Origin: an uncultured Candidatus Saccharibacteria bacterium
GTDB taxonomy: Bacteria; Patescibacteriota; Minisyncoccia; UBA6257; 1-14-0-10-44-23
Direction: 5' to 3'
Assembly: GCA_964549935.1 (NCBI GenBank)
Contig: CAZJVT010000001.1
Coordinates: 155,922-219,921 of the forward strand
Length of the DNA stretch: 64,000 nucleotides
The position numbers were made by a program, and so were the translations under genes. The notes under the pieces were generated by a model that was given only the letters and a program-made list of their open reading frames with translations, was not told where the DNA came from and searched no databases. The first letter of the stretch is position 1. Each line of letters begins with the position of its first letter. Positions 45,810 through 55,371 of this stretch are shown here, piece after piece.

Positions 45810-46325
45810 ATGTCGACCGTAGACTTAGCCGCACAATTTAAAGAGGCCTACGAGCTCTATAGTGATGCCATTTTTCGGCACTGCTACTTTCGGGTACGGG
45901 ATCGCCAAGTGGCGCTCGACCTGATGCAGGAGACCTTTACGAAGGCCTGGAGTCACGCGGGCACCAAAGGGGCGCAGATTGAACACCTTCGGGCTTTTTT
46001 GTATACGGTTGCCAATAATTTAATTATTGATAGGAGCAGAAAGAAGCGCGAGTCCTCACTTGAGGATATGGCTGAAGGAGGGTTCGACCCGGGCGAGCGA
46101 GACAAAGGAGTGGAGCGCGACCCAATCGCCGCCGATGCCGTGCGTGAGGCGCTGCAGGATATTAATCCTAAATATCGTGAGGCGCTCAAGCTGCGCTACT
46201 TCGACGACTTAAGTCCGAAAGAAATTGCTAAGGTGCTTGGGATAACACAAAACAACGCCTCGGTACGCATCTATTACGGTCTTCAGGAGTTACGTAAAAA
46301 ATACCCGCATGACGAAATCATTTAA
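45810..46325 (+). CDS. ECF-type RNA polymerase sigma factor.
   Basis: Region 2 DLMQETFTKAWSH and region 4 YREALKLRYFDDLSPKEIAKVLGITQNNASVRIYYGLQELRK. Confidence 0.85.
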   Translation: MSTVDLAAQFKEAYELYSDAIFRHCYFRVRDRQVALDLMQETFTKAWSHAGTKGAQIEHLRAFLYTVANNLIIDRSRKKRESSLEDMAEGGFDPGERDKGVERDPIAADAVREALQDINPKYREALKLRYFDDLSPKEIAKVLGITQNNASVRIYYGLQELRKKYPHDEII

Positions 46326-47760
46326 AGACATACTCGCACAAGCAAAAACAGTTCGCCTGACGGAGAGAGAAAAGGCAAACGGACTGCGCGTGTTAAGCGC
46401 GTTTACGGAGACGCACCCGGTGGCGCAGCAAACGGTGACGTCGCGTTTTACGTTTCAGAGTGTTTGGGTGCGTAGCCTGACCGGCGTGGTCGGCGTCGTC
46501 CTGCTTTTTGTCGGCATTGCTTCTGCATCGCAGAAAAGCTTACCGGGTGAGGCGCTTTACTCAATGAAAGTAGGAATCGTTGAACCGCTACAAGCAGTGC
46601 TGACCTTCTCGCCCGAATCAAAGGCTAGCTGGCAGGGTGAGTTGGCGGTTCGTCGTCTGACCGAATCGGAAACACTGCTGGCGCAGGGGAAGCTTGACGA
46701 GGCGCGCAAAACGGAGCTTGAAACAAGCTTTGAAAAGCATGTTGCGCTGGCGACGCAGCAGCTTGAGGTTGCCGGTGACTCCGCCAAGGCGCTTAGCGTC
46801 AGTTTCGACGTCGAGGCCAAGCTGCGTGCGCATCGCGAGTCGAGCCGACAGGTGGCTACTCTCGACGCGGCAGCTCCACAGGCGGCTTCACTGCGCACAG
46901 CTGCGCCGATGATGCTGTCGGCGCCTGCTCCATCAGCTAAAATGTTTGCAGCTGGAATCGTTGCGGGTGGCACAGAGACGCACGAGGAGCAGCCGCTTGA
47001 TAAGGCGATTAACCAGTTGGCCGAGCTTCGTGCCAAAACCACTGAACGTGCTACAAGTGCTTCGGCGGGCGAGGTCCGAGCTACCGCCGAACGCCTGCTT
47101 AAGAGCGTCGCCGAGGACATCGCTGATGCAAAAAAGCAGTTTTCAAAAAAGCAGGAAAAGCTAAGTGCTGATGAGCAGCTGCGGGTGAGCGAAAAAATCG
47201 CGTTAGCTGATTTGCAGTTCGGTTTTGGCAAAGACAAGATGGCGACAAGCACTCCGGATGAGGCGGCATCGGCGATTGGCTTTTTGCAGGAGGCTCGCAG
47301 TGCGGCGCAGGAGGCTAAGTATCTCCTAGGTATTTATCTTGAAGCCGGCGTCGGGAAAGATGACGCCGTGGGCTTTTCTCCACCTCCGTTTATGCCGAAG
47401 GCTGTGAGTTCCGGAGAAATTGACCCGAGGTTTTTAGGGGCATCAAAGTGTATCAGTAAGAAATATCCTGTTCGTCCACAGCAAGATAGTCGGATTTCAA
47501 TGGATGATTTTTTGAAGTATTCGCGTGAGTGCTACGAGCAAGCCGGTATCAGAGCAGGTATTCCGCCGGCGCCTACAAAAGATTTTTCTTCGAAGGCTGA
47601 TTGCGAGCAAAAGACTAGTAAGCAGTGTGAGCCCTGGATGTGTGATTATATTCCACCAGGTAAAACAGTTGAGGAGGTTTGTCCGAATGGGGGGCAGGGT
47701 TGGTCTCCGGTTCAGCGCTCGAAAAATAACGGAGAGGGTCCGTCGCTAATGGGTGATTAG
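46309..47760 (+). CDS. Putative anti-sigma factor / membrane-anchored Ala-rich coiled protein co-transcribed with the ECF sigma gene.
   Basis: Start overlaps the sigma stop. ~50-aa cytoplasmic N-terminus, a single TM LTGVVGVVLLFVGIASA and a long Ala/Glu/Lys-rich extracytoplasmic region with a Cys-rich end. Confidence 0.5.
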   Translation: MTKSFKDILAQAKTVRLTEREKANGLRVLSAFTETHPVAQQTVTSRFTFQSVWVRSLTGVVGVVLLFVGIASASQKSLPGEALYSMKVGIVEPLQAVLTFSPESKASWQGELAVRRLTESETLLAQGKLDEARKTELETSFEKHVALATQQLEVAGDSAKALSVSFDVEAKLRAHRESSRQVATLDAAAPQAASLRTAAPMMLSAPAPSAKMFAAGIVAGGTETHEEQPLDKAINQLAELRAKTTERATSASAGEVRATAERLLKSVAEDIADAKKQFSKKQEKLSADEQLRVSEKIALADLQFGFGKDKMATSTPDEAASAIGFLQEARSAAQEAKYLLGIYLEAGVGKDDAVGFSPPPFMPKAVSSGEIDPRFLGASKCISKKYPVRPQQDSRISMDDFLKYSRECYEQAGIRAGIPPAPTKDFSSKADCEQKTSKQCEPWMCDYIPPGKTVEEVCPNGGQGWSPVQRSKNNGEGPSLMGD

Positions 47761-48468
47761 TTGCAGCCCGGGCCTTGCCAGTGTAACCTTAAGGTAATGG
47801 TTAAGCATCGGGTAGGTAAAAAAGCTGCAAAAACTAAAGCACCTGCGAGTATTTCGATTCCGAAATGGCTTGAGTGTACCTGGCGACGGGTTCCGTGCGG
47901 CAAGGCAAGCTGCCCGGTGTGTTCAGTTTTAAACGAAGAGCAAGCCAAAATGGAGGCGCGCGGGGAAGCGGAGGAGTTTATCATCGATACGATGGATGAT
48001 TTGCGATACAGCATCGCTGAGGCGTTTTTGGTTATCGTTGATACAAAAAAAGATTTTAATCACTTGCACGCACATCGGCATCGCGATGCGGCTGTTTTTG
48101 CGCCGCGCCGTTTCCCGCTCTACAGGAAGCTTGATAATTGGCACGAGGAGCTGCATGAGCTTTTTGAAGAGGCAGATCAGGCTGAGAGCATCTGGGTAGA
48201 AAGTATAGATGCGGCAGATCTTGATTGGTATATGCACATCCTGCTTGATTACGTGCATCGGCTGCTTACGTATCAGATGGGGCGGTCCAAGAAAGAATTG
48301 AGCAGCTCCACCTCAATTTCCTATATGCGTTACGTCGTGTCGCAGGTTTGTGCCGCGATTGTCGAGCGGCTGAACCGGTTGGCGCTACTTGATTCAAACG
48401 AAAAAGTTTCTTTTATTATGCTGCTCGGGCAGTTTGCTAAACAGGCAAGAGAAGCAGCAGCTTTATGA
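47761..48468 (+). CDS. Hypothetical protein; the true start may be the internal ATG at 47797.
   Basis: Stop overlaps the next gene's start (ATGA). CGKASCPVC motif near the N-terminus. Confidence 0.45.
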   Translation: MQPGPCQCNLKVMVKHRVGKKAAKTKAPASISIPKWLECTWRRVPCGKASCPVCSVLNEEQAKMEARGEAEEFIIDTMDDLRYSIAEAFLVIVDTKKDFNHLHAHRHRDAAVFAPRRFPLYRKLDNWHEELHELFEEADQAESIWVESIDAADLDWYMHILLDYVHRLLTYQMGRSKKELSSSTSISYMRYVVSQVCAAIVERLNRLALLDSNEKVSFIMLLGQFAKQAREAAAL

Positions 48469-49172
48469 CCACCGCTATCGCCAGTCAGCACCTGCGCCGA
48501 TTTGCGAGCTCGAGTCGGGCGACGGTTTCGCGTCGATTTTTCAAGACCGGTCCGGGGCAGTATGGCGAGGGCGATGTGTTTATCGGCGTAAAGGTTCCAC
48601 GCATCCGCGAGGTGGCCAGGGAAAATCTTTTACTGCCACGAGGGGAGATTAAGCAGTTATTGCATTCGAAGGTCCACGAGGAGCGGCTGCTTGCGCTTTT
48701 GATTCTCGTTGATCAGTTTGGGCATGCAAATGAGCACGACCGCGAGGCGATTTACAATTTTTATTTGCTTAATACAAAGCATATTAATAATTGGGATTTA
48801 GTTGACTTGTCGGCCGATAAGATTGTCGGTGAGTATTTGCAAAACACCTCGAAGGCGATTTTGTTTAAATTCGCGAAGTCAAAAAATATTTGGGAGCGGC
48901 GCATCGCTATTTTGGCGACATTTGCTTTTATTAAGCGGGGGCAAAGTGAGCTAACGTTTAAAATTGCCGATATGCTTCGGCACGATGAGCACGATTTAAT
49001 TCATAAGGCGGTCGGTTGGATGCTGCGGGAGGTTGGGAAGCGCTGTTCTTTGCCGGCACTTGAGCGGTACTTAAAGCCGCGATACGCTCGAATGCCGCGG
49101 ACGATGCTTCGTTATGCAATTGAGAGGATTCCGAAGCGTCGCCGGCAGCTCTATCTGCTGGGTAAAGTGTAG
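48465..49172 (+). CDS. DNA alkylation repair protein (AlkC/AlkD-like HEAT-repeat glycosylase family).
   Basis: FFKTGPGQYGEGDVFIGVKVPRIREVARE and HINNWDLVDLSADKIVGEYL match the family. Confidence 0.8.
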   Translation: MTTAIASQHLRRFASSSRATVSRRFFKTGPGQYGEGDVFIGVKVPRIREVARENLLLPRGEIKQLLHSKVHEERLLALLILVDQFGHANEHDREAIYNFYLLNTKHINNWDLVDLSADKIVGEYLQNTSKAILFKFAKSKNIWERRIAILATFAFIKRGQSELTFKIADMLRHDEHDLIHKAVGWMLREVGKRCSLPALERYLKPRYARMPRTMLRYAIERIPKRRRQLYLLGKV

Positions 49173-49190
49173 TGGTGGTATACTGCGAGT

Positions 49191-49994
49191 ATGCAGTCGC
49201 TCATTTTGGCACTTGCGGGACTCGTCGGCGGATTTATCGGGAGCGAGGTTGGGGCGGGGGCGATGGTCACCCTGCCGATTTTGCTTTTTATTGGATTGCC
49301 ACCGGTTGCCGCTGTAGCAGCTAATTCGATTTCGGCCTGGCTGATTAATGCGATCGCTACCTACGAGTACTGGAAGAATGGCAAGATTTCAAAAGATATT
49401 GTCTGGCACCTTGCGCCACTCTCGCTGCTCGGCGCATTGATCGGCGCGCACCTCATCAGCATCATCGATCCGCAGATTGCTTCAGCAGTCATCGCAGTTT
49501 TGTTTATCGTCGTCTTTTTTGTGATGTTTATTTTATTGCGTAAGGGAGCGGCGGGACTTAAAACCGGCTCGTCGCGCTATACCGCTTCTAAAAAAGCACT
49601 GGCGGCAGTGCTTTCATTCGGACTTGGTGTCTACGGAGGATTTTTCGCAGTTGGGGTGACGACGCTATTCGTGATGCTCATCGTATTTTTACTTCATCGT
49701 GATTTTGTCCGCGCCGCCGCGGACGCGGTCGCGATTTCGGCTGTATTTTTACTCGGCTCACTGGTTGAGTTTGCGATTACCGGGCTTATTCAGTACAGCT
49801 ACGCTGTGCCACTCGCTATCGGTTCGGCGCTTGGGGCTTACCTTGGCAGCAAGACGGCGCTTAAGTTTGGTAATCGTTGGCTCAAGGGTCTCGTAATGCT
49901 GATGGTTGTTTTAGTAATTGCAAAGCTCACATATGCGGCGGTTGGTTCCGGCGCGCCACTGGCCTGTTCGACCTTGTCACTTTTTTGTAACTAG
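49191..49994 (+). CDS. TauE/SafE-family (DUF81) membrane exporter.
   Basis: ALAGLVGGFIGSEVGAGAMVTLPILLFIGLPPVAAVAANS and the duplicated half. Confidence 0.75.
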   Translation: MQSLILALAGLVGGFIGSEVGAGAMVTLPILLFIGLPPVAAVAANSISAWLINAIATYEYWKNGKISKDIVWHLAPLSLLGALIGAHLISIIDPQIASAVIAVLFIVVFFVMFILLRKGAAGLKTGSSRYTASKKALAAVLSFGLGVYGGFFAVGVTTLFVMLIVFLLHRDFVRAAADAVAISAVFLLGSLVEFAITGLIQYSYAVPLAIGSALGAYLGSKTALKFGNRWLKGLVMLMVVLVIAKLTYAAVGSGAPLACSTLSLFCN

Positions 49995-49997
49995 TCG

Positions 49998-50522
49998 ATG
50001 CGGAGGTTACGGCGTATTTTTATCATTGCAGTAGTCGCCTCGGCCGTGGCGTTTTTTAGTGGTGATGCAGTGAGGCCTGCGAAGGTCTCAGTTTCTTCGG
50101 CTTTGCAAAATACTACTGAGCTGGTCCAGCGCGTCATTGACGGCGATACCATCGAGCTTGCCTCCGGAGAACGGGTTCGGTATATCGGTATTGATACACC
50201 GGAGACCGTTGACCCGCGTAGGCCAGTGCAGTGCTTCGGCGAGGCGGCGAGCTCGGAAAATCAGAGGTTGGTCGAAAGAAAGGAGGTTAGATTAGTAAAA
50301 GATGTACGTGATAAGGATCAGTACGGGCGATTATTGCGTTATGTGTATGTCGGAGACACTTTTATCAATCTCACGCTCGTAGAAGGCGGCTTTGCGTTAG
50401 TAGAAACAGTACCGCCGGACGTTGCGCACGCCAGCGAGTTCGTCTCTGCGGCCAGAGAGGCTAAAGGGGCGCAGCGGGGATTATGGAGGTCGTGTACTGG
50501 TGTATACCCCCACACCAAATAA
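49998..50522 (+). CDS. Secreted thermonuclease / staphylococcal-nuclease-like protein.
   Basis: VIDGDTIEL..RVRYIGIDTPET..YGRLLRYVYVGDTFINLTLVEGGFA. Confidence 0.8.
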   Translation: MRRLRRIFIIAVVASAVAFFSGDAVRPAKVSVSSALQNTTELVQRVIDGDTIELASGERVRYIGIDTPETVDPRRPVQCFGEAASSENQRLVERKEVRLVKDVRDKDQYGRLLRYVYVGDTFINLTLVEGGFALVETVPPDVAHASEFVSAAREAKGAQRGLWRSCTGVYPHTK

Positions 50523-50786
50523 GCCGTTTTCTTTTGTAACCGTTAGTGGTATGCATTTTGGTGTGGGGGTATACTAAAGTTATGCATAAGCAGCTAAGGA
50601 TTCCTTCCGTCCACCGCCTCGCTGACCTTCTGGTTTACGCCGTCTTCGGCGTTATCGGTGGAGTCTTTCTTTTTATCATGATTCAGTGGGCGCGCGGCTA
50701 TTCAGTCGCTTTACCGGCGATGCCGACAACAGATGTGCTTCCAGTTGAAATTGCCGGGACGACTGCTGTGCATATTAAATAAAAAC

Positions 50787-51254
50787 ATGTCACTCCTCAA
50801 ATTTTTAGTACCGGTTGCAGTTTTTGCCGCTGCATTTATTGGAGGTCGCTTTACGTCGAGCAGTTTGGAATCTTGGTATAAGACGCTTAAGTTCCCGAGT
50901 TTTGTTCCGCCCGGTTCAGTTATCGGAATCGTTTGGACAGTTTTGTTTATTCTGCTCGCCATTGCGATGTTGCTGTATCTACAAAAGGCACCGGATGACT
51001 CAAGGCGCACCCTGGTGCTGCTGGTATTTTTCAGCAATCTTATCCTAAACGTTGGGTGGAGCTATCTTTTCTTTTATCAGCACCTTGTCGGTTTAGCCGT
51101 CTTTGAAGCAGGGATCTTGGCGCTTTCGGTTGTGCTTTTGATTCTGTTTGTATGGCCGGTCTCGGCTTTGGCTGCGTGCTTGCTAATTCCTTACGCTGCC
51201 TGGGTTAGCTTTGCGACGTTTTTGACGTATAGCATTTGGGTGCTCAATAAGTAG
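50787..51254 (+). CDS. TspO/MBR (tryptophan-rich sensory protein) family membrane protein.
   Basis: WYKTLKFPSFVPPGSVIGIVWTVLFILLAIAM..NLILNVGWSYLFF; TATACT box 12 nt upstream. Confidence 0.8.
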   Translation: MSLLKFLVPVAVFAAAFIGGRFTSSSLESWYKTLKFPSFVPPGSVIGIVWTVLFILLAIAMLLYLQKAPDDSRRTLVLLVFFSNLILNVGWSYLFFYQHLVGLAVFEAGILALSVVLLILFVWPVSALAACLLIPYAAWVSFATFLTYSIWVLNK

Positions 51255-51257
51255 CGC

Positions 51258-51761
51258 ATGGAAGTGGTGGTCGTCAATGACTCGATGCAGCGTAACTATC
51301 GTTACGAGCTTGCAGAGCCGGAGAGCAAAAATTTTAATCCGGAGTTTAAGCCGCAGCTTACGCCAAAACAGATGCTCGAACTCGGTGTTTTCGGCGGGAA
51401 GTATATGACTGATTGTCGGGATGAATTTCCGACAGATTGGTTTACGAATGCAAAACTGTCGCCGGAAGGCAAAAACCCAAAGTTGAATTTTTTTAAAGTC
51501 GACGCGAGTCTGCCACTTTTGGCATGGCGGCACAAGGGCTGGATTTATAAAGATGATCCACGCGGTTGGTTTCAGTGGTACTGCCGATATTATCGGGGCA
51601 GGCGTATCCCGGCGGAGGATGCACGTCAAATTAAGCGCTGGAAAGCTATAGCGCGACACGCAGCGGCGATTAAAAAGAACTGCATGCCGGGGGACTATAG
51701 CTGCCGGCCCAAGCAGCGACAGGCCCTTTTGCATTGGGCTTACGATAGTCGAACGATGTAA
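51258..51761 (+). CDS. Conserved hypothetical protein.
   Basis: Distinctive block KGWIYKDDPRGWFQWYCRYYRGRR..DARQIKRWKAI; family not confidently recalled. Confidence 0.45.
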   Translation: MEVVVVNDSMQRNYRYELAEPESKNFNPEFKPQLTPKQMLELGVFGGKYMTDCRDEFPTDWFTNAKLSPEGKNPKLNFFKVDASLPLLAWRHKGWIYKDDPRGWFQWYCRYYRGRRIPAEDARQIKRWKAIARHAAAIKKNCMPGDYSCRPKQRQALLHWAYDSRTM

Positions 51762-51864
51762 TGGCTCGCTTACGGCATACTACTGTGCCTCACTTGTCTA
51801 GTTGCATTTTCGGGCTCCTGGGGCATAGAATAAAGCCAATAAGCTTTATTACTATTTAATAACT

Positions 51865-52599
51865 ATGACAAATCCTAACGGTCAGCCGAGTCCTATGAAT
51901 CAGCCGAAGCCGGAGCCGACAAACGCAGGACAGCCGAATGTGCAGCAGCCTAAGCCCGTCGAGCAGCAGAAACAGCATGAAGCCCATAAGGTTTCGCACC
52001 ACAAACAGAATGACTCGCAACCGCGCCGAGTTTCGATGCTTGGTAAGTTTGTTGTCGGCGTCGTAGTTTTCGTTGCTATTGCCTGGGTTTTGAGTGCGTT
52101 GCGGACGAAGGCGCCAGAAAATTCTCTTGTTACTGAAACTGACAACGCCAGCTCAACAGAGGCCGTGTATTCAAGTTTTGCCCCAGTGACAGCTGCCGGG
52201 ACTACATATTCGCTGGGTGGTGTTTCGTTCCTTTTTGAGCCGCAGTCAGCAGAAGACGCCGGCGTTCCTTCGACCCGTGTTCGTTTAAAGTTGAACGACG
52301 TCAAACGTAATGGATCCGCTTTTGACGTTGCTTCATACCGTCTTGGCACATACCGGGGAGAGTGCAGCGCTGTTTCTGCCGATGCCTACTTGAGTAGCTC
52401 TGCCGAGAAGGGCGCGCTTGCCTTCGCCGCTTGTAACTATCAAGGATCGGGGCGCCAGCTTGCTGTTTTCCAGGAGGGACAAAAAATTGTTGTTAAGGCT
52501 CGTACGATCACTGAAGACGGCGTACAGATTGAGGCGATGACTCCGATTCTTTATATTGATCTCAACAACATCCCGACGTTGCCTGCTGCAACCCAGTAA
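51865..52599 (+). CDS. Hypothetical secreted protein with a Pro/Gln-rich N-terminus and one TM.
   Basis: TM MLGKFVVGVVVFVAIAWVLSAL then a soluble domain with Cys residues. Confidence 0.5.
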   Translation: MTNPNGQPSPMNQPKPEPTNAGQPNVQQPKPVEQQKQHEAHKVSHHKQNDSQPRRVSMLGKFVVGVVVFVAIAWVLSALRTKAPENSLVTETDNASSTEAVYSSFAPVTAAGTTYSLGGVSFLFEPQSAEDAGVPSTRVRLKLNDVKRNGSAFDVASYRLGTYRGECSAVSADAYLSSSAEKGALAFAACNYQGSGRQLAVFQEGQKIVVKARTITEDGVQIEAMTPILYIDLNNIPTLPAATQ

Positions 52600-52705
52600 G
52601 GCAGCAAGAGGTGACCCCGCTTTAGGGGGCAGGATTGATATATAATAAACAGCTGAGGTGTAGTACTGTGTAGGTAAACAATTAAGATTTCTTATTTCTA
52701 AAAGG

Positions 52706-53347
52706 ATGAAACGATATGCCCTGCCCCTTTCTATCGCCGCGGGAATTATTATTCTAATCGCTTTAATGTTTGTCGGAGGCTCCAAAACTCCGAACTATGG
52801 AGGCGGCAATGCTACTGATCAACCGCTTAGCGCTGAATGGGTGCGAGGCAATCCGAGCTCAAGCGTGCAGCTTGTTGAATACAGCGACTTTCAATGCCCT
52901 GCGTGTGCAGCGTATTATCCGCTTATTAAGCAGCTCGAAGAGAAGCTGGGTTCAAAAATAGCATTCGTGTATCGGCATTATCCGCTTTTCCAGCTCCACG
53001 CGAACGCTGACATCGCAGCTCGTGCCGCGGAGGCTGCCGGGAAGCAGGGCAAATTCTGGGAGATGCACGATAAGCTTTTCGAGAATCACTCGGCCTGGGT
53101 TGACTTGCTTGACCCGACCCAAATACTCACCCAATACGCCAAAGATCTTGGGCTTAAGGTTGACCAGTTTACGGTTGATTTGTCGGCCGCAGACGTGAAG
53201 CAGGCCGTTGCCGATGACTATCAGCGAGGACAGAAAGCCGGTATCCAGGGAACGCCATCATTCTTTGTTAATGGAGTGAAGATTGCAAACCCGACTTCCG
53301 TTGAGGGATTCTCCGCGGTTTTGGAGGCGGCGCTTGGCGGGAAATAA
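52706..53347 (+). CDS. DsbA-family thiol:disulfide oxidoreductase.
   Basis: LVEYSDFQCPACAAYYP (CPAC active site) in a thioredoxin fold; N-terminal anchor. Confidence 0.8.
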   Translation: MKRYALPLSIAAGIIILIALMFVGGSKTPNYGGGNATDQPLSAEWVRGNPSSSVQLVEYSDFQCPACAAYYPLIKQLEEKLGSKIAFVYRHYPLFQLHANADIAARAAEAAGKQGKFWEMHDKLFENHSAWVDLLDPTQILTQYAKDLGLKVDQFTVDLSAADVKQAVADDYQRGQKAGIQGTPSFFVNGVKIANPTSVEGFSAVLEAALGGK

Positions 53348-53487
53348 AGAATATACCTAAAACCAAAAGCCCCTGTGCATAACCGGGGCTTTTGGTTTTA
53401 GGAGAACGGGAGGATACTAAGAAGAAAGTGCGCGGAAGCGCAATTTCTCGTTTTTCGGAGCAAGCATTATTTATTAATTAATTATTT

Positions 53488-53934
53488 ATGGAATTCTTTA
53501 AAAAGCAGTCGTTTTGGTTGACGGTTACACGCGTAGTTATCGGGTGGCTCTTTCTATACGCCGGGTGGCACAAAATCAGCGATTCAGCCTGGTCAGCGGC
53601 CGGCTACCTTAACAACGCGAAGACATTTGCGGGATTTTACCACTGGCTTGCGAGTCCTTCGATGATCGGTATCACGAATTTCTTTAATGAGTGGGGGCTG
53701 TTTATTATCGGCATTATGCTCATTCTCGGCATCTGCGTGCGCTACGCAGCCGTTGCCGGTGCAATTATGATGGTACTCTACTACTTCCCGGTACTTGATT
53801 TCCCGTATCCTAATGCCAACTCCTTTATCGTGGATGACCACATTATCTACGCAGCCGTGCTCGCGCTCATTGCAACTGTTGCGCACGACTCAGGGTGGTG
53901 GACCAAGACTATCGGCAAGATGAAGAAAGCGTAA
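53488..53934 (+). CDS. DoxX-family membrane protein.
   Basis: LTVTRVVIGWLFLYAGWHKI and four TM helices; hairpin terminator follows at 53955-53992. Confidence 0.75.
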   Translation: MEFFKKQSFWLTVTRVVIGWLFLYAGWHKISDSAWSAAGYLNNAKTFAGFYHWLASPSMIGITNFFNEWGLFIIGIMLILGICVRYAAVAGAIMMVLYYFPVLDFPYPNANSFIVDDHIIYAAVLALIATVAHDSGWWTKTIGKMKKA

Positions 53935-54010
53935 CGATCTGTTGCCGCTTTTAACAAACAGGGTGTCCGCCTCGGCGGACACCCTGTTTGTTTTCTGCTA
54001 CTATGATTCT

Positions 54011-54592
54011 ATGGATATCGTGCGCCCGGCACCGCAGCAGAAACGTCCCGCAGATGCCAAGCTCGTTTTTAAGGGTGTCATTTTTGATGCTTATCAATGG
54101 CAGCAGAAGATGTTTGACGGTAGCGAGAAAACCTTCGAGGTCCTGACGCGTCCGGATACCGCCATTGTTATTCCTGTAACTAAAGACGGGTGCATTCTTG
54201 TTATCAACGAGCAGCAGCCCGGACAAGAGCTTCGAGTTGATTTCCCGGGAGGAAGGATAGACGTCGGTGAAAAGCCTGATCAGGCTGCATTGCGGGAGTT
54301 GCGCGAGGAGACGGGCTATACAGCCAAAGATATTGTGCTGTGGCGGGCTTGGCATCCACAGCAGAAACTAGACTGGGTTGTGTATGTTTTTATCGCGCGG
54401 GGATGCGAGAAAGAAGCCGATCAGCATCTTGATGCTGGAGAAAAGATAACTATGCAGGAGGTTGGCTTTGACAAAACATTAGAGTTGGCTCGCGAAGGCG
54501 CTTTCGCCGGCGGGTTGGCTGGCGATGCCTATCGCGCCGCTCTTGAGCCTGCGTATTATCAAGAACTCAAAAAGCTTTTTGGGCTTGCCTAA
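54011..54592 (+). CDS. NUDIX hydrolase.
   Basis: Nudix box GGRIDVGEKPDQAALRELREETGY. The in-frame ATG at 53942 is an alternative start. Confidence 0.8.
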   Translation: MDIVRPAPQQKRPADAKLVFKGVIFDAYQWQQKMFDGSEKTFEVLTRPDTAIVIPVTKDGCILVINEQQPGQELRVDFPGGRIDVGEKPDQAALRELREETGYTAKDIVLWRAWHPQQKLDWVVYVFIARGCEKEADQHLDAGEKITMQEVGFDKTLELAREGAFAGGLAGDAYRAALEPAYYQELKKLFGLA

Positions 54593-54612
54593 ATAAGGGG
54601 TATACTAACACT

Positions 54613-54777
54613 ATGGGATACCGATTGGGCGTACAAAAAGATGTAAGCATCATCATTTTCGTTATTATTCTCATTGCACTTGCGATAGTGGCCAGTCTTT
54701 TGGCTAAGCAATGTCAGTTTTTTCCGCAATGCAGTGAGACAAACTATAATCCTGCGCTGATTACCGGCGGAGAGTAA
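54613..54777 (+). CDS. Possible small membrane protein (54 aa).
   Basis: TATACT box 9 nt upstream; TM IIIFVIILIALAIVASLLA; CQFFPQC. Confidence 0.3.
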   Translation: MGYRLGVQKDVSIIIFVIILIALAIVASLLAKQCQFFPQCSETNYNPALITGGE

Positions 54778-54861
54778 GGAAGTATTTTATTTTTCGAAAA
54801 GATCTTTTATACTTAGGTAAGGTAAAGGTCGTATTTAGTTTAGGAATCTTTGAAAATATTT

Positions 54862-55014
54862 ATGGATGAACAGAAAATGGCCGAGATGAAAGCGCCGTGC
54901 ACTTGCGGAAGCGGTAAGCCGGCGGGGATGTGTTGCAAAAAGGATGAGCCCTGCCCGTGTGGTAGCGGCAAGCCAGTTGGGCAGTGCTGCATGGCGAGCC
55001 CTGAAACCCATTAG
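54862..55014 (+). CDS. Small SEC-C-motif metal-binding protein (50 aa).
   Basis: Two CxCGSGK motifs (PCTCGSGKPAGMCC..PCPCGSGKPVGQCC). Terminator aaaaccgcctttgggcggttttt follows. Confidence 0.45.
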   Translation: MDEQKMAEMKAPCTCGSGKPAGMCCKKDEPCPCGSGKPVGQCCMASPETH

Positions 55015-55121
55015 TTTCAAAATCAAAAACCGCCTTTGGGCGGTTTTTGATTGTAATAAGTTCTTTATTCTACGGCTTCTATGGTACCGGAAAGGTCTAA
55101 TTAACGTTTATTTTCTACTAT

Positions 55122-55256
55122 ATGGACCAAGCAATGACTGACAAAATGAACGCGCCGTGTTCCTGCGGAAGCGGTAAGCCGGCTAAGGAGTGTCATATGA
55201 AAACGGAGTGGGAGAAAGCCCAGGAGGCCTCGAAGCCAGCCGAACCGGCGAAGTAA
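55122..55256 (+). CDS. Small SEC-C-motif protein (44 aa), paralog of the previous one.
   Basis: PCSCGSGKPAKEC. Terminator ccgcagtctacaatacgtaggctgcggttttt follows. Confidence 0.45.
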   Translation: MDQAMTDKMNAPCSCGSGKPAKECHMKTEWEKAQEASKPAEPAK

Positions 55257-55371
55257 TCGGGGGCCGCAGTCTACAATACGTAGGCTGCGGTTTTTGATTT
55301 TTACGACTGTGAATGTTAGAATAGTTTTCAAGCACCCCCTTAGATCTAAAAGCGGGGCGCTTCTCACGTTT

